64,000 bases of DNA from a virus, in the IMG/VR virus record IMGVR_UViG_3300042517_000577, positions 8,166 through 72,165 of that record. One strand, written 5' to 3'. The position numbers were made by a program, and so were the translations under genes. Below the pieces are notes generated by a model that was not told the DNA's origin, did no database searches, and saw only the letters and a list, made by a program, of their open reading frames with translations. Within the stretch, counting starts at the first letter, position 1, and each line of letters starts with the position of its first letter. Shown one piece after another: positions 1-6,794 of the stretch.

Positions 1-653
1 ATGATATTAACCGAGATTTGATTAACTTATACTCTGTTGTATCTGATGATAAGTTATATCCACAACTTCAGAATAGAATTAACCTAATCAAGGAATTAGA
101 GCACGATTCCTTAGAGGTAGAGTATTATGGAGCAAGAGAGGTAATTAACCAATCTTGGGATTGTGTAGATAATTATCAGAGAGCATTATCTTATATTATT
201 GTAAGACAGTTGTGTTTTTCTGGAATGGAAAGATATAATTCCAAAGGAGATTTCAATGTACCATTCGGACATTATAAAAAGTTCTCTTGCAATCTTTCTC
301 CAGATCATCATAATTTCTTGAAAAAGAAATGTAAGATACGATATGGGTCATTTGAAGATTTGTTTGATAATCTAAATGAAGATGACTTTGTATTTGTAGA
401 TCCTCCATACTTAGAAAGACTTGGATATACTCAAGGTGATGGAGGTATAAATTTACATAAAACTCTTTTTGAATGTATTCAATCAACAAAGGCAAAGTGG
501 ATGATTATTCACAGTGATAATGAATTTTATAGAACTTATTATCAAGATTATGATATTATAGAGAAAGACTTTTTATATTCTCAACGATTTGGTAAAGATA
601 AAGATCATACTGGTGCGAGTGTAAAACATCTTTACATCAAAAATTATAAGTGA
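1..653 (+). CDS. dam: DNA adenine methyltransferase (Dam family), 5' end outside the window
   Basis: The frame is open from the window edge and reads DINRDLINLY (Dam motif II-like). Also RYNSKGDFNVPFG and the catalytic FVDPPY motif. The track start at 18 (TTG) is internal. Confidence 0.9.
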   Translation, partial: DINRDLINLYSVVSDDKLYPQLQNRINLIKELEHDSLEVEYYGAREVINQSWDCVDNYQRALSYIIVRQLCFSGMERYNSKGDFNVPFGHYKKFSCNLSPDHHNFLKKKCKIRYGSFEDLFDNLNEDDFVFVDPPYLERLGYTQGDGGINLHKTLFECIQSTKAKWMIIHSDNEFYRTYYQDYDIIEKDFLYSQRFGKDKDHTGASVKHLYIKNYK

Positions 654-654
654 G

Positions 655-713
655 GTGCCACTTGTAGCACTGGCACTATACCCCTTGCAGTGCAGGGGGT
701 TTTTTGGTATCAT
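655..713 (+). promoter_or_regulatory. Early promoter cassette 1: palindrome plus sigma70-type promoter overlapping a terminator-like hairpin
   Basis: GTGCCA(655-660)-N10-TGGCAC(671-676). TTGCAG(685-690)-17bp-TATCAT(708-713) with extended TG. Hairpin ccccttgca/tgcagggg followed by a T-run. Confidence 0.75.
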
Positions 714-736
714 ACTTGTATGGATGAGGAACTCCA

Positions 737-901
737 ATGACTTACACCCCAATTCAATCGAGTATTCCTTACTTGAAAGTTCCAGAAAACCGATTAAATC
801 TTGCTGCTAATTGGTATAACAGGCAGGAAGGTCATCCATTGAACTTCCCCTGCTATTCTTATTGGATTCAACAATGTGAAAATGATGGCACTGACTATTG
901 A
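737..901 (+). CDS. hypothetical early protein (54 aa, not in ORF track)
   Basis: ATG after a GAGGA RBS directly downstream of the promoter cassette; MTYTPIQSSIPYLKV...NDGTDY. Confidence 0.65.
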   Translation: MTYTPIQSSIPYLKVPENRLNLAANWYNRQEGHPLNFPCYSYWIQQCENDGTDY

Positions 902-1082
902 AACTATGATTGATACTGTTTTGATGACTGAAGAATTGCTGAATGAAAAGCAATTAACTGCTCTTCGAGATATGCTTTATCACTACAAAGAGTTTCAAAT
1001 GGAACTCTACAATTATCCTGAAGAGAATACACTCTTCACTCAATCACAACGAGAAATCTTCGACATTTTCGACATCAAATGA
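876..1082 (+). CDS. hypothetical early protein
   Basis: ORF track; ATGA overlap with the next gene; true start probably a later ATG. Confidence 0.6.
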   Translation: MKMMALTIETMIDTVLMTEELLNEKQLTALRDMLYHYKEFQMELYNYPEENTLFTQSQREIFDIFDIK

Positions 1083-1288
1083 CTTCAATTTCATTTACTT
1101 CTGGTGAGTTGCTTGATATTATCAAGGCACTTGATTACTATGAGAATGATGCTTATTATAATCAAAAGGATGCACAACTTGCTGCTTATTATATGAGGAT
1201 GGAAAATCAATTCCAATTAGTATTAGATAAACTCAAACAGTTTACTCCTGAAAATCGTGTTGCTCATCTTGTTCTTGCTGTAAATTGA
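1079..1288 (+). CDS. hypothetical early protein
   Basis: ORF track; translationally coupled to the upstream gene. Confidence 0.65.
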   Translation: MTSISFTSGELLDIIKALDYYENDAYYNQKDAQLAAYYMRMENQFQLVLDKLKQFTPENRVAHLVLAVN

Positions 1289-1360
1289 GGTAAGATTGCC
1301 AATCTGAATGATTCAGGTTATACTTTCAAAGAACTTTCTAATTTGATGGAACAACAAACT

Positions 1361-1510
1361 ATGACTCAATATAAATCTGTGAACCTCACAATTTATTTCA
1401 ATGCTGATTTGGATGATGGTGAGGTGCAAGATTTTATTGACCGTATGACTGAAAAGTATAATCATCCAGATGATATTATCAGCAGTTATGAATACTGGTA
1501 TGATGAGTGA
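1361..1510 (+). CDS. hypothetical acidic early protein (49 aa; may start at 1346)
   Basis: Manual translation MTQYKSVNLTIYFNADLDDGEV...YEYWYDE; ends just before the next promoter cassette. Confidence 0.6.
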   Translation: MTQYKSVNLTIYFNADLDDGEVQDFIDRMTEKYNHPDDIISSYEYWYDE

Positions 1511-1525
1511 GTCTAGTATGAGACT

Positions 1526-1582
1526 GTGCCACCTGTAGAAGTGTCACACTAAATGAGCACAGACCCCAAAGTGTGGTATTGT
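1526..1582 (+). promoter_or_regulatory. Early promoter cassette 2
   Basis: GTGCCA(1526-1531)-N10-TGTCAC(1542-1547); extended -10 TGG-TATTGT (1577-1582). Confidence 0.7.
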
Positions 1583-1626
1583 ATAAGGGTGGTTGAGAGA
1601 CCACCTGTTCTTTATTCTCTACAACA

Positions 1627-1968
1627 ATGGAACTGACTAATTCTTTTCCTCCTGTCGATGCTTTTTTTGAGTTTAGCAACAAGAAACTCAAAGAGTTTAA
1701 TTATGTGAAGTTTGGTGAGAATGTGATTAAGTTTTCTGCTACTTCATATGCTGTTCTTGTTGGTGTAGTTTCATATGTTTGGACTGCATTTCAACTGTGG
1801 TGGGATGATAATGGTGAAACAGTGCAAGTGAATACTATTCGATTTGTTGTGAATGTAATTGACTTCATTGCTGCTGTTGTAATTACTATTCCCAAACTTT
1901 ATCGTTGGACACAACTGAATATCAACCGTCTGGTTGATTCTATGTTTTTTCAGGTTGCCCTTGCCTGA
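1627..1968 (+). CDS. hypothetical early protein with hydrophobic segments
   Basis: ORF track; sits exactly between cassettes 2 and 3; two hydrophobic stretches. Confidence 0.7.
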   Translation: MELTNSFPPVDAFFEFSNKKLKEFNYVKFGENVIKFSATSYAVLVGVVSYVWTAFQLWWDDNGETVQVNTIRFVVNVIDFIAAVVITIPKLYRWTQLNINRLVDSMFFQVALA

Positions 1969-1974
1969 TGCGAT

Positions 1975-2033
1975 GTGCCACCAATCCTAGTGGCACAATA
2001 CACCCCCCAAACCACCTCTGGTGGTGCTATAAT
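1975..2033 (+). promoter_or_regulatory. Early promoter cassette 3
   Basis: GTGCCA(1975-1980)-N10-TGGCAC(1991-1996); TGC-TATAAT (2028-2033). Confidence 0.75.
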
Positions 2034-2056
2034 TACGAAGTAATCAAGGTTAAGCA

Positions 2057-2464
2057 ATGACTGCCACTCAAGTTCAACTCAAAGAATCAACTCAAGATTT
2101 TATCAATGAACTGACTGAAAATAACTATGCTGTCGATGACATCTACGAGTTCATCGAACAGTATGGTGAAGATAATTTCGTACAATTCTATGAGGAATAT
2201 GTACAGTGCGGTGAAGATTATTGTTATGAAGCAGTAGATGCTTTCATTGATACTTTCGACATTGATTGTATTCAATACTTCACTGATGCTTATTATGGTC
2301 AGTATGACAGTGAGGAACAGTTTGCAGAGCAATTTGTTGATGATTGCTATTCCAATCAACTGCAAGATCTTCCTATCGTGATTGATTGGTCTCAAACCTG
2401 GGAGTGCAATCTCCGATATGATTTTGATTTCACTGATGGTTTTGTATTTCACAAGAACTTCTGA
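2057..2464 (+). CDS. ArdA-like antirestriction protein (acidic DNA mimic)
   Basis: Very D/E-rich. The C-terminal YYGQYDSEEQFAEQFVDDCY...IDWSQTW...DFDFTDGFVF resembles the ArdA C-terminal pattern. First gene behind an early promoter. Confidence 0.65.
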   Translation: MTATQVQLKESTQDFINELTENNYAVDDIYEFIEQYGEDNFVQFYEEYVQCGEDYCYEAVDAFIDTFDIDCIQYFTDAYYGQYDSEEQFAEQFVDDCYSNQLQDLPIVIDWSQTWECNLRYDFDFTDGFVFHKNF

Positions 2465-2613
2465 TGCGACTTTATCTTAACGACAATCAAATTAAATTGA
2501 TTCTCTATTGCTTGGAACAACAAGCATATGAGTTCAATGAAAAGGAAAAGGAGGATTATACTGGAATCCTCCACTCTGTTGAAATTGCTCACGCATACGA
2601 TTACGATTCCTGA
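2464..2613 (+). CDS. hypothetical early protein (49 aa, not in track)
   Basis: TGATG coupling at both ends; MRLYLNDNQIKLILYCLEQQ... Confidence 0.65.
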   Translation: MRLYLNDNQIKLILYCLEQQAYEFNEKEKEDYTGILHSVEIAHAYDYDS

Positions 2614-2861
2614 TGAAACTTCAATCTAAAGATGGCAACATGGTGGTAGATTTCTATCCCATCAAAACACCATTTGGTAATGTATCTGATGAGTGGTTTA
2701 TTAAAATCCTCACCTTTATGGGTAAAACTCAATCCAAGAAGTTTCTCAATCGAGTTGAGATGAATCTTGAGATTGATGAATATATCAATCATACTATTCC
2801 TTATGAGGTTGTAGATTTCAATACTATTCCTCAACTTGCTAATCCATTTGCTACTGTCTGA
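2613..2861 (+). CDS. hypothetical early protein
   Basis: ORF track; coupled start. Confidence 0.7.
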   Translation: MKLQSKDGNMVVDFYPIKTPFGNVSDEWFIKILTFMGKTQSKKFLNRVEMNLEIDEYINHTIPYEVVDFNTIPQLANPFATV

Positions 2862-2863
2862 CA

Positions 2864-3070
2864 ATGCTACTTCAACTCACTGATATTGAATTTGATTTTG
2901 TTGATTCATCTGGAGAACTTCCTTATGATGAACAGGTTGCAGTTTCTAAATCTGTGATTGGAGAAGTATTTGAGGTTGATAGTGAGGATGAACTAGCAGA
3001 TGTAATATCTGATGAAACTGGGTGGTGTATTAAATCACTCGATTATGTTGTAATTGCCGAATCTAACTGA
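2864..3070 (+). CDS. hypothetical acidic early protein
   Basis: ORF track; DEISDxTGWC-like motif seen in small cyanophage proteins. Confidence 0.7.
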   Translation: MLLQLTDIEFDFVDSSGELPYDEQVAVSKSVIGEVFEVDSEDELADVISDETGWCIKSLDYVVIAESN

Positions 3071-3072
3071 CA

Positions 3073-3255
3073 ATGGAAACTCAAACTCGCAACGAACTGG
3101 TTGAAGCATATGTGGATCGTGTGCTTGATAATATGTCAACCAAAGATTTGATTCGAATTGTAGGAGATCAACTAGAAGAAAATCTTTCTGCATATACTGA
3201 TGCGGAACTCATTGCGGAAATTGATGAGTATTATCCTGATCTGTTGGAAACATGA
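3073..3255 (+). CDS. hypothetical acidic early protein
   Basis: ORF track; tight operon packing. Confidence 0.7.
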   Translation: METQTRNELVEAYVDRVLDNMSTKDLIRIVGDQLEENLSAYTDAELIAEIDEYYPDLLET

Positions 3256-3289
3256 TCTAACACGATCTCATTGAGACCAATGATGCGAT

Positions 3290-3346
3290 GTGCCACTTGT
3301 TTTTGTGGCACACTAAATGAGCACAGACCCCAAAAGGTGCTATATT
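3290..3346 (+). promoter_or_regulatory. Early promoter cassette 4
   Basis: GTGCCA(3290-3295)-N10-TGGCAC(3306-3311); TGC-TATATT (3341-3346); shares a 26 bp exact block with cassette 2. Confidence 0.75.
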
Positions 3347-3401
3347 AAGAGGGTGGAAGGGGTCAGACCCACCCACAAACGTTCAACTTACTCAATTTAC
3401 G

Positions 3402-3548
3402 ATGACTGTTTCTTTCTCTAAGGATGTGATGATTGGTATGCTCCGCAAGGGTGAGACTGGAAATCAAATTCTGGACATTCTTGATGTGATTGCACCTGAT
3501 CAAACTGAAGTTGAAGATAATTCTGTTACTGATGTTCCTACAGTCTGA
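3402..3548 (+). CDS. hypothetical early protein (48 aa, not in track)
   Basis: First ATG ORF after cassette 4; MTVSFSKDVMIGMLRKGETGNQILDILD... Confidence 0.6.
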   Translation: MTVSFSKDVMIGMLRKGETGNQILDILDVIAPDQTEVEDNSVTDVPTV

Positions 3549-3636
3549 TTAAATAGAAACGATAGAGGGCAAGTCCCTGTTATGTCCTGATGAGGCATAT
3601 CACACTTGCTCCATCAAACTAATTCTTTTTTTCGCA

Positions 3637-3822
3637 ATGTTTGTTTCTTGTCCTGTTTCATTTGATTTGATTGATGCGGAATGGTACGATGATATTGATG
3701 AAGCAAAAGAAGATGCACTTGATTGGAGTGTAGAATTGTCTGGTGAGAATGTGATTGTTTATGAGGCAATCAACAATGAAGGAGATTATTCCTTCAACAA
3801 ACTTTATTCCATCTGTGCCTGA
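3637..3822 (+). CDS. hypothetical acidic early protein
   Basis: ORF track. Confidence 0.65.
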   Translation: MFVSCPVSFDLIDAEWYDDIDEAKEDALDWSVELSGENVIVYEAINNEGDYSFNKLYSICA

Positions 3823-3829
3823 TACTGAA

Positions 3830-4075
3830 ATGTTTGATCAACTTCAATTCCAACCGCATCTGAATGGTATTCCTGGTGCGATTGCCGCACGACATAAGTT
3901 TGAGAATGATTGGGAGATTTCTGTAGTTGCTGGTCCTGGATTGTACGGGAAAGTTGAAGATGAGACATTTGAAGTTGGTATCTTCCGACCGAATGGAAAT
4001 ATGACTGAAGATGTATGTGGATGGAATACGAAACAGGAAGTTTCTGCAATGATGTGGGTGCTATCTCAACTGTAG
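3830..4075 (+). CDS. hypothetical phage protein
   Basis: ATG at 3830 chosen to avoid overlap; FENDWEISVV..GLYG...TFEV pattern of a widespread small phage family. Confidence 0.7.
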   Translation: MFDQLQFQPHLNGIPGAIAARHKFENDWEISVVAGPGLYGKVEDETFEVGIFRPNGNMTEDVCGWNTKQEVSAMMWVLSQL

Positions 4076-4188
4076 TCCAGCATACCCATCAGGGATGCTG
4101 ATAGGTAGAAGAACTCAAAGTGTAGCAGGGCGAACTACGGGACACCCTGCCCCCGTGCTATGATGAACGAAGTTCAGAGGATGAGACC

Positions 4189-4362
4189 TTGACCACACAG
4201 CAACGAATGGAAAAGCAATTCTTTATCAAGTTCATTTCTTTGATTGATGAAGTGCAAGGTAAATCTAAACTTCCTTCACAAATCAATTCAACTCGTAAGT
4301 CTGCCTGGGTTAAACAAACTCAAAATCCCAGACAAAAGAAAGATGCACTGTCCCGAGTTTGA
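4189..4362 (+). CDS. hypothetical basic early protein (57 aa, TTG start)
   Basis: Follows an extended -10 TGC-TATGAT (4159-4164) and a GAGG RBS. Confidence 0.5.
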   Translation: MTTQQRMEKQFFIKFISLIDEVQGKSKLPSQINSTRKSAWVKQTQNPRQKKDALSRV

Positions 4363-4400
4363 TCTTTAGTTTTTTTACTCTTCATACAAACAATCAACTG

Positions 4401-4562
4401 ATGCTCATCAAAACCACTTTCGACATTCAAACAAAACAACCTGTGTATGCTGTTTGTAATGCACAACATCAATGTGGTATGATTACAACTAACATTCTCA
4501 ATGCAATTAAAGCAGGACAATGTAAAGACTTCAATCAAGTTCAAACTCTAATCAATTCCTGA
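4401..4562 (+). CDS. hypothetical early protein
   Basis: In-frame ATG at 4401 within the track ORF. Confidence 0.55.
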   Translation: MLIKTTFDIQTKQPVYAVCNAQHQCGMITTNILNAIKAGQCKDFNQVQTLINS

Positions 4563-4650
4563 TGAAAAGAAAAGAAAAACTCCAACTGCTATCTAAAGCA
4601 ATTAACGGTAAAGAACTACTCATTATTCTCTCTGCATTTAATTGATACTC

Positions 4651-4914
4651 ATGGCAACTCAATTTTACTCTCTTAAGCAACTCAAAGAAAGAGTTAATTC
4701 TTTAATTGAACAGCAAGGAGAAGATGCTCCTGTTTCTTGGTGGATTTATACTAATGAAGATGTATTCACATTTGATGAAAATGGTAATGAACAATATCAA
4801 CCATTAGATGTATGTCAACAAGTGTTATCTAATTTGCAGGATTATGATTATATTCATTCTACAATCTTTGATGCAATTGAAGAAGAACTTACTCAAGTGA
4901 TTAAATCAAAATGA
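4651..4914 (+). CDS. hypothetical early protein
   Basis: In-frame ATG at 4651; ATGA coupling to the next gene. Confidence 0.7.
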   Translation: MATQFYSLKQLKERVNSLIEQQGEDAPVSWWIYTNEDVFTFDENGNEQYQPLDVCQQVLSNLQDYDYIHSTIFDAIEEELTQVIKSK

Positions 4915-5123
4915 AATCAAACAAAGTATTTCAAATTGAATTGTGTAAAGAGGATGCACAAAGAATACTTAATTCACTTGAATTACTGAAACGACAGACT
5001 AAACAACAAATCAATGATTGTAAGGATGATGAAACAAAGACGATTGCATGGTTAGAATGGTCTTACATCAGTGAGTTACATTATGATCTTGATTGTAAGT
5101 TTAGATTAGATACCTGGAATTGA
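4911..5123 (+). CDS. hypothetical early protein
   Basis: ORF track; last gene before the non-coding region. Confidence 0.65.
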   Translation: MKSNKVFQIELCKEDAQRILNSLELLKRQTKQQINDCKDDETKTIAWLEWSYISELHYDLDCKFRLDTWN

Positions 5124-5125
5124 TA

Positions 5126-5356
5126 CCCCTATATCGTCCATTTCAGTCTTGATTGATTATAGTTTTCCACAGGGTTGCGGAAAAGATTGTTTTGATTTCC
5201 ACATTTTTTTATTGTTAAATTTATTATGATGCGTGAATTGTATGTTTGTGTTGTTTGATTGTTAATGTGTTCTCTTATTGTTATCTTGGCGAACACAATA
5301 ACATATAAACAGTGATTTGTCAAGGGTTTACAGGACACCCCCTATATCGTCCATTT
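5126..5356 (+). repeat. 18-bp direct repeat cccctatatcgtccattt
   Basis: Exact copies at 5126-5143 and 5339-5356. Confidence 0.9.
5295..5323 (-). promoter_or_regulatory. Leftward sigma70-type promoter
   Basis: Minus strand TTGACA(5323-5318)-17bp-TATTGT(5300-5295). Confidence 0.55.
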
Positions 5357-5555
5357 TCACGTTTACAATACAACAGTCGTTTCGTGATACTGTAAATCAC
5401 TGAGAGGCATCTACAATCGTCTACAATCGTGTTTAATTTCGTATTAGGTATATCTGATCGTTTCGTTGTATTCTCGTGCCTTCCAGGGGATTTTTAATCG
5501 TTCGGTGTTAATCAATTCGTTATATGTGCCACTATGTGATACTAACAGTCACTCA

Positions 5556-5634
5556 TAGTTTTCCACAGGGTTGTGGAAAAAGTACAATAGTTTTCCACAG
5601 GGTTGTGGAAAAAGTCTAATAGTTTTCCACAGGT
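5556..5634. repeat. Tandem 32-bp repeat of inverted TTTTCCACA pairs (about 2.5 copies; an isolated copy at 5159-5184)
   Basis: TTTTCCACA at 5559, 5591 and 5623; TGTGGAAAA at 5572 and 5604; unit atagttttccacagggttgtggaaaaagt. Confidence 0.95.
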
Positions 5635-5642
5635 TATTATAC

Positions 5643-5671
5643 TTGACAGTCTTTGATTGTTCGTGTATAAT
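5643..5671 (+). promoter_or_regulatory. Perfect consensus sigma70 promoter
   Basis: TTGACA(5643-5648)-17bp-TATAAT(5666-5671), 11 bp after the last TTTTCCACA. Confidence 0.85.
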
Positions 5672-5835
5672 TATAGGCAGTAATTCCGATTCGTCCATCG
5701 ACAGTTATATCGGGGGTTGTTGTATTATATTATATTGTAATGCGGTTATAAGAAAAAGGGTCCTATCCAACCTACAGAGGTGACAAATCGAGTGAGTGAT
5801 ATCAAGTGTTAAAAAAAATTTTTTGGGGTCAAAAA

Positions 5836-5982
5836 ATGCCTGTAAGGTTGCTCTATGAGAGGGGGTGGGGAACAAGTATAAGTCCTTTAGATGAGATCGA
5901 ATATATTGTAAGTTGTCTGAGAGAAACCTTAAATATACTTAAATCCCATATTCGTAAAAAAATTTCCCAGGGTAAAAAATGA
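5836..5982 (+). CDS. hypothetical protein (48 aa, not in track)
   Basis: MPVRLLYERGWG...LDEIEYIVSCLRETLNIL; ATGA coupling to the next ORF. Confidence 0.5.
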   Translation: MPVRLLYERGWGTSISPLDEIEYIVSCLRETLNILKSHIRKKISQGKK

Positions 5983-6149
5983 CATATAGGTTAATTGCAA
6001 GGGACAGGGTATTTTGTGAGGGAACTTTGAATGAATGTCAAAAGACACTCACAGACATTTCCCAGATGATTAGTGCAGGATTATCTACGGATTTCCAAGT
6101 AGAAGAGTTTGTGATACTAAAAAATAAATATCTAAAAAACGAACAATGA
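5979..6149 (+). CDS. hypothetical protein (56 aa, not in track)
   Basis: ATGA overlaps at both ends; MTYRLIARDRVFCEG... Confidence 0.6.
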   Translation: MTYRLIARDRVFCEGTLNECQKTLTDISQMISAGLSTDFQVEEFVILKNKYLKNEQ

Positions 6150-6361
6150 AGACTTTCCAAGAATTTTTAGATGAGGCAGGGGATTGGTGGCATCCAGATC
6201 CTAAGAAGGATCGTAGGATCAGTGGACCTGCGAATAAGATGAGAGCAAAAGAAGATCGTGGAGAGGATACATCAGTACAGAAGAAACCAGATTATAGTAA
6301 AAGATTAATGCCAGGTGAGACATATCTACAATTTGCCAATCGTAAGAAGGCAGGAAAATGA
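6146..6361 (+). CDS. putative internal head protein with T4-type capsid targeting sequence
   Basis: N-terminus MKTFQEFLDE resembles the T4 IP CTS MKTYQEFIAE; late promoter ATAAATA at 6124-6130. Confidence 0.6.
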   Translation: MKTFQEFLDEAGDWWHPDPKKDRRISGPANKMRAKEDRGEDTSVQKKPDYSKRLMPGETYLQFANRKKAGK

Positions 6362-6666
6362 ATTGGTTTGAGTATTGGATTGGTCATTGTTGGATGAGTG
6401 GGTGGCAATCTATCAGAGGGGCATATAGAATATGGTCTGATTTAATGACAGACAATTATAAGGATTATGCACTCCTTCCTAGTGATGACCCTTACACAGA
6501 ATGTCTAGAATGGTTCTGGGTGTCACTTGGTGAGGACAATACTTATCCCAGGGAGTTTCTGGAATATCTGATACAACTGGCAAAAGATGTGGAAAGTGGT
6601 AAGGAAAAAACTATTCCTGTGGATGAGGATTTCTTTGATAGACTGAAAGAATCTCTTGAATTGTGA
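6358..6666 (+). CDS. hypothetical cyanophage protein
   Basis: ORF track; Trp-rich N-terminus; ATGA coupling. Confidence 0.75.
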   Translation: MNWFEYWIGHCWMSGWQSIRGAYRIWSDLMTDNYKDYALLPSDDPYTECLEWFWVSLGEDNTYPREFLEYLIQLAKDVESGKEKTIPVDEDFFDRLKESLEL

Positions 6667-6726
6667 GTGTCTTTGTGCCGGTTTCTCTAGCATCTTTATG
6701 GCGCTCGTAATCTCTAGCAATGGTGA

Positions 6727-6755
6727 TTGACGTGGGATAAATAATGGAGTATCAT
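6727..6755 (+). promoter_or_regulatory. Composite sigma70 plus late promoter
   Basis: TTGACG-17bp-TATCAT with ATAAATA (6737-6743) inside the spacer. Confidence 0.65.
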
Positions 6756-6794
6756 ATGAAGTGGTACTACGTAGTTACTCATTGAAGTATTAAC

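Larger units (their letters stand above)
5124..5835. other. Long non-coding region, candidate replication origin
   Basis: Longest gene-free stretch in the window; contains DnaA-box-like 9-mers, direct repeats, AT-rich tracts and divergent promoters. Confidence 0.6.

Noticed and set aside
3555-3600. Hammerhead ribozyme (GAAA ... GTC CTGATGA)
   Set aside because: There is no stem I between GTC and CTGATGA, stem III is poor, and CTGATGA is simply the loop of a hairpin.
5526-5547. Fifth GTGCCA promoter dyad
   Set aside because: Only a half site; there is no TGGCAC at N10 and no -10 box at the expected distance.
5556-5634. 32-bp palindromic repeat as a mini CRISPR array
   Set aside because: Units are directly tandem with no unique spacers, and there are no cas genes.
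5571-5783. Track ORFs in the candidate origin (also 5129-5338 on the minus strand)
   Set aside because: They translate the repeats, lack an RBS and have atypical composition.
5856-5870. G-run gagagggggtgggg as an R-loop or G-quadruplex element
   Set aside because: It lies inside a plausible coupled ORF (5836-5982) and has only two G-tracts.
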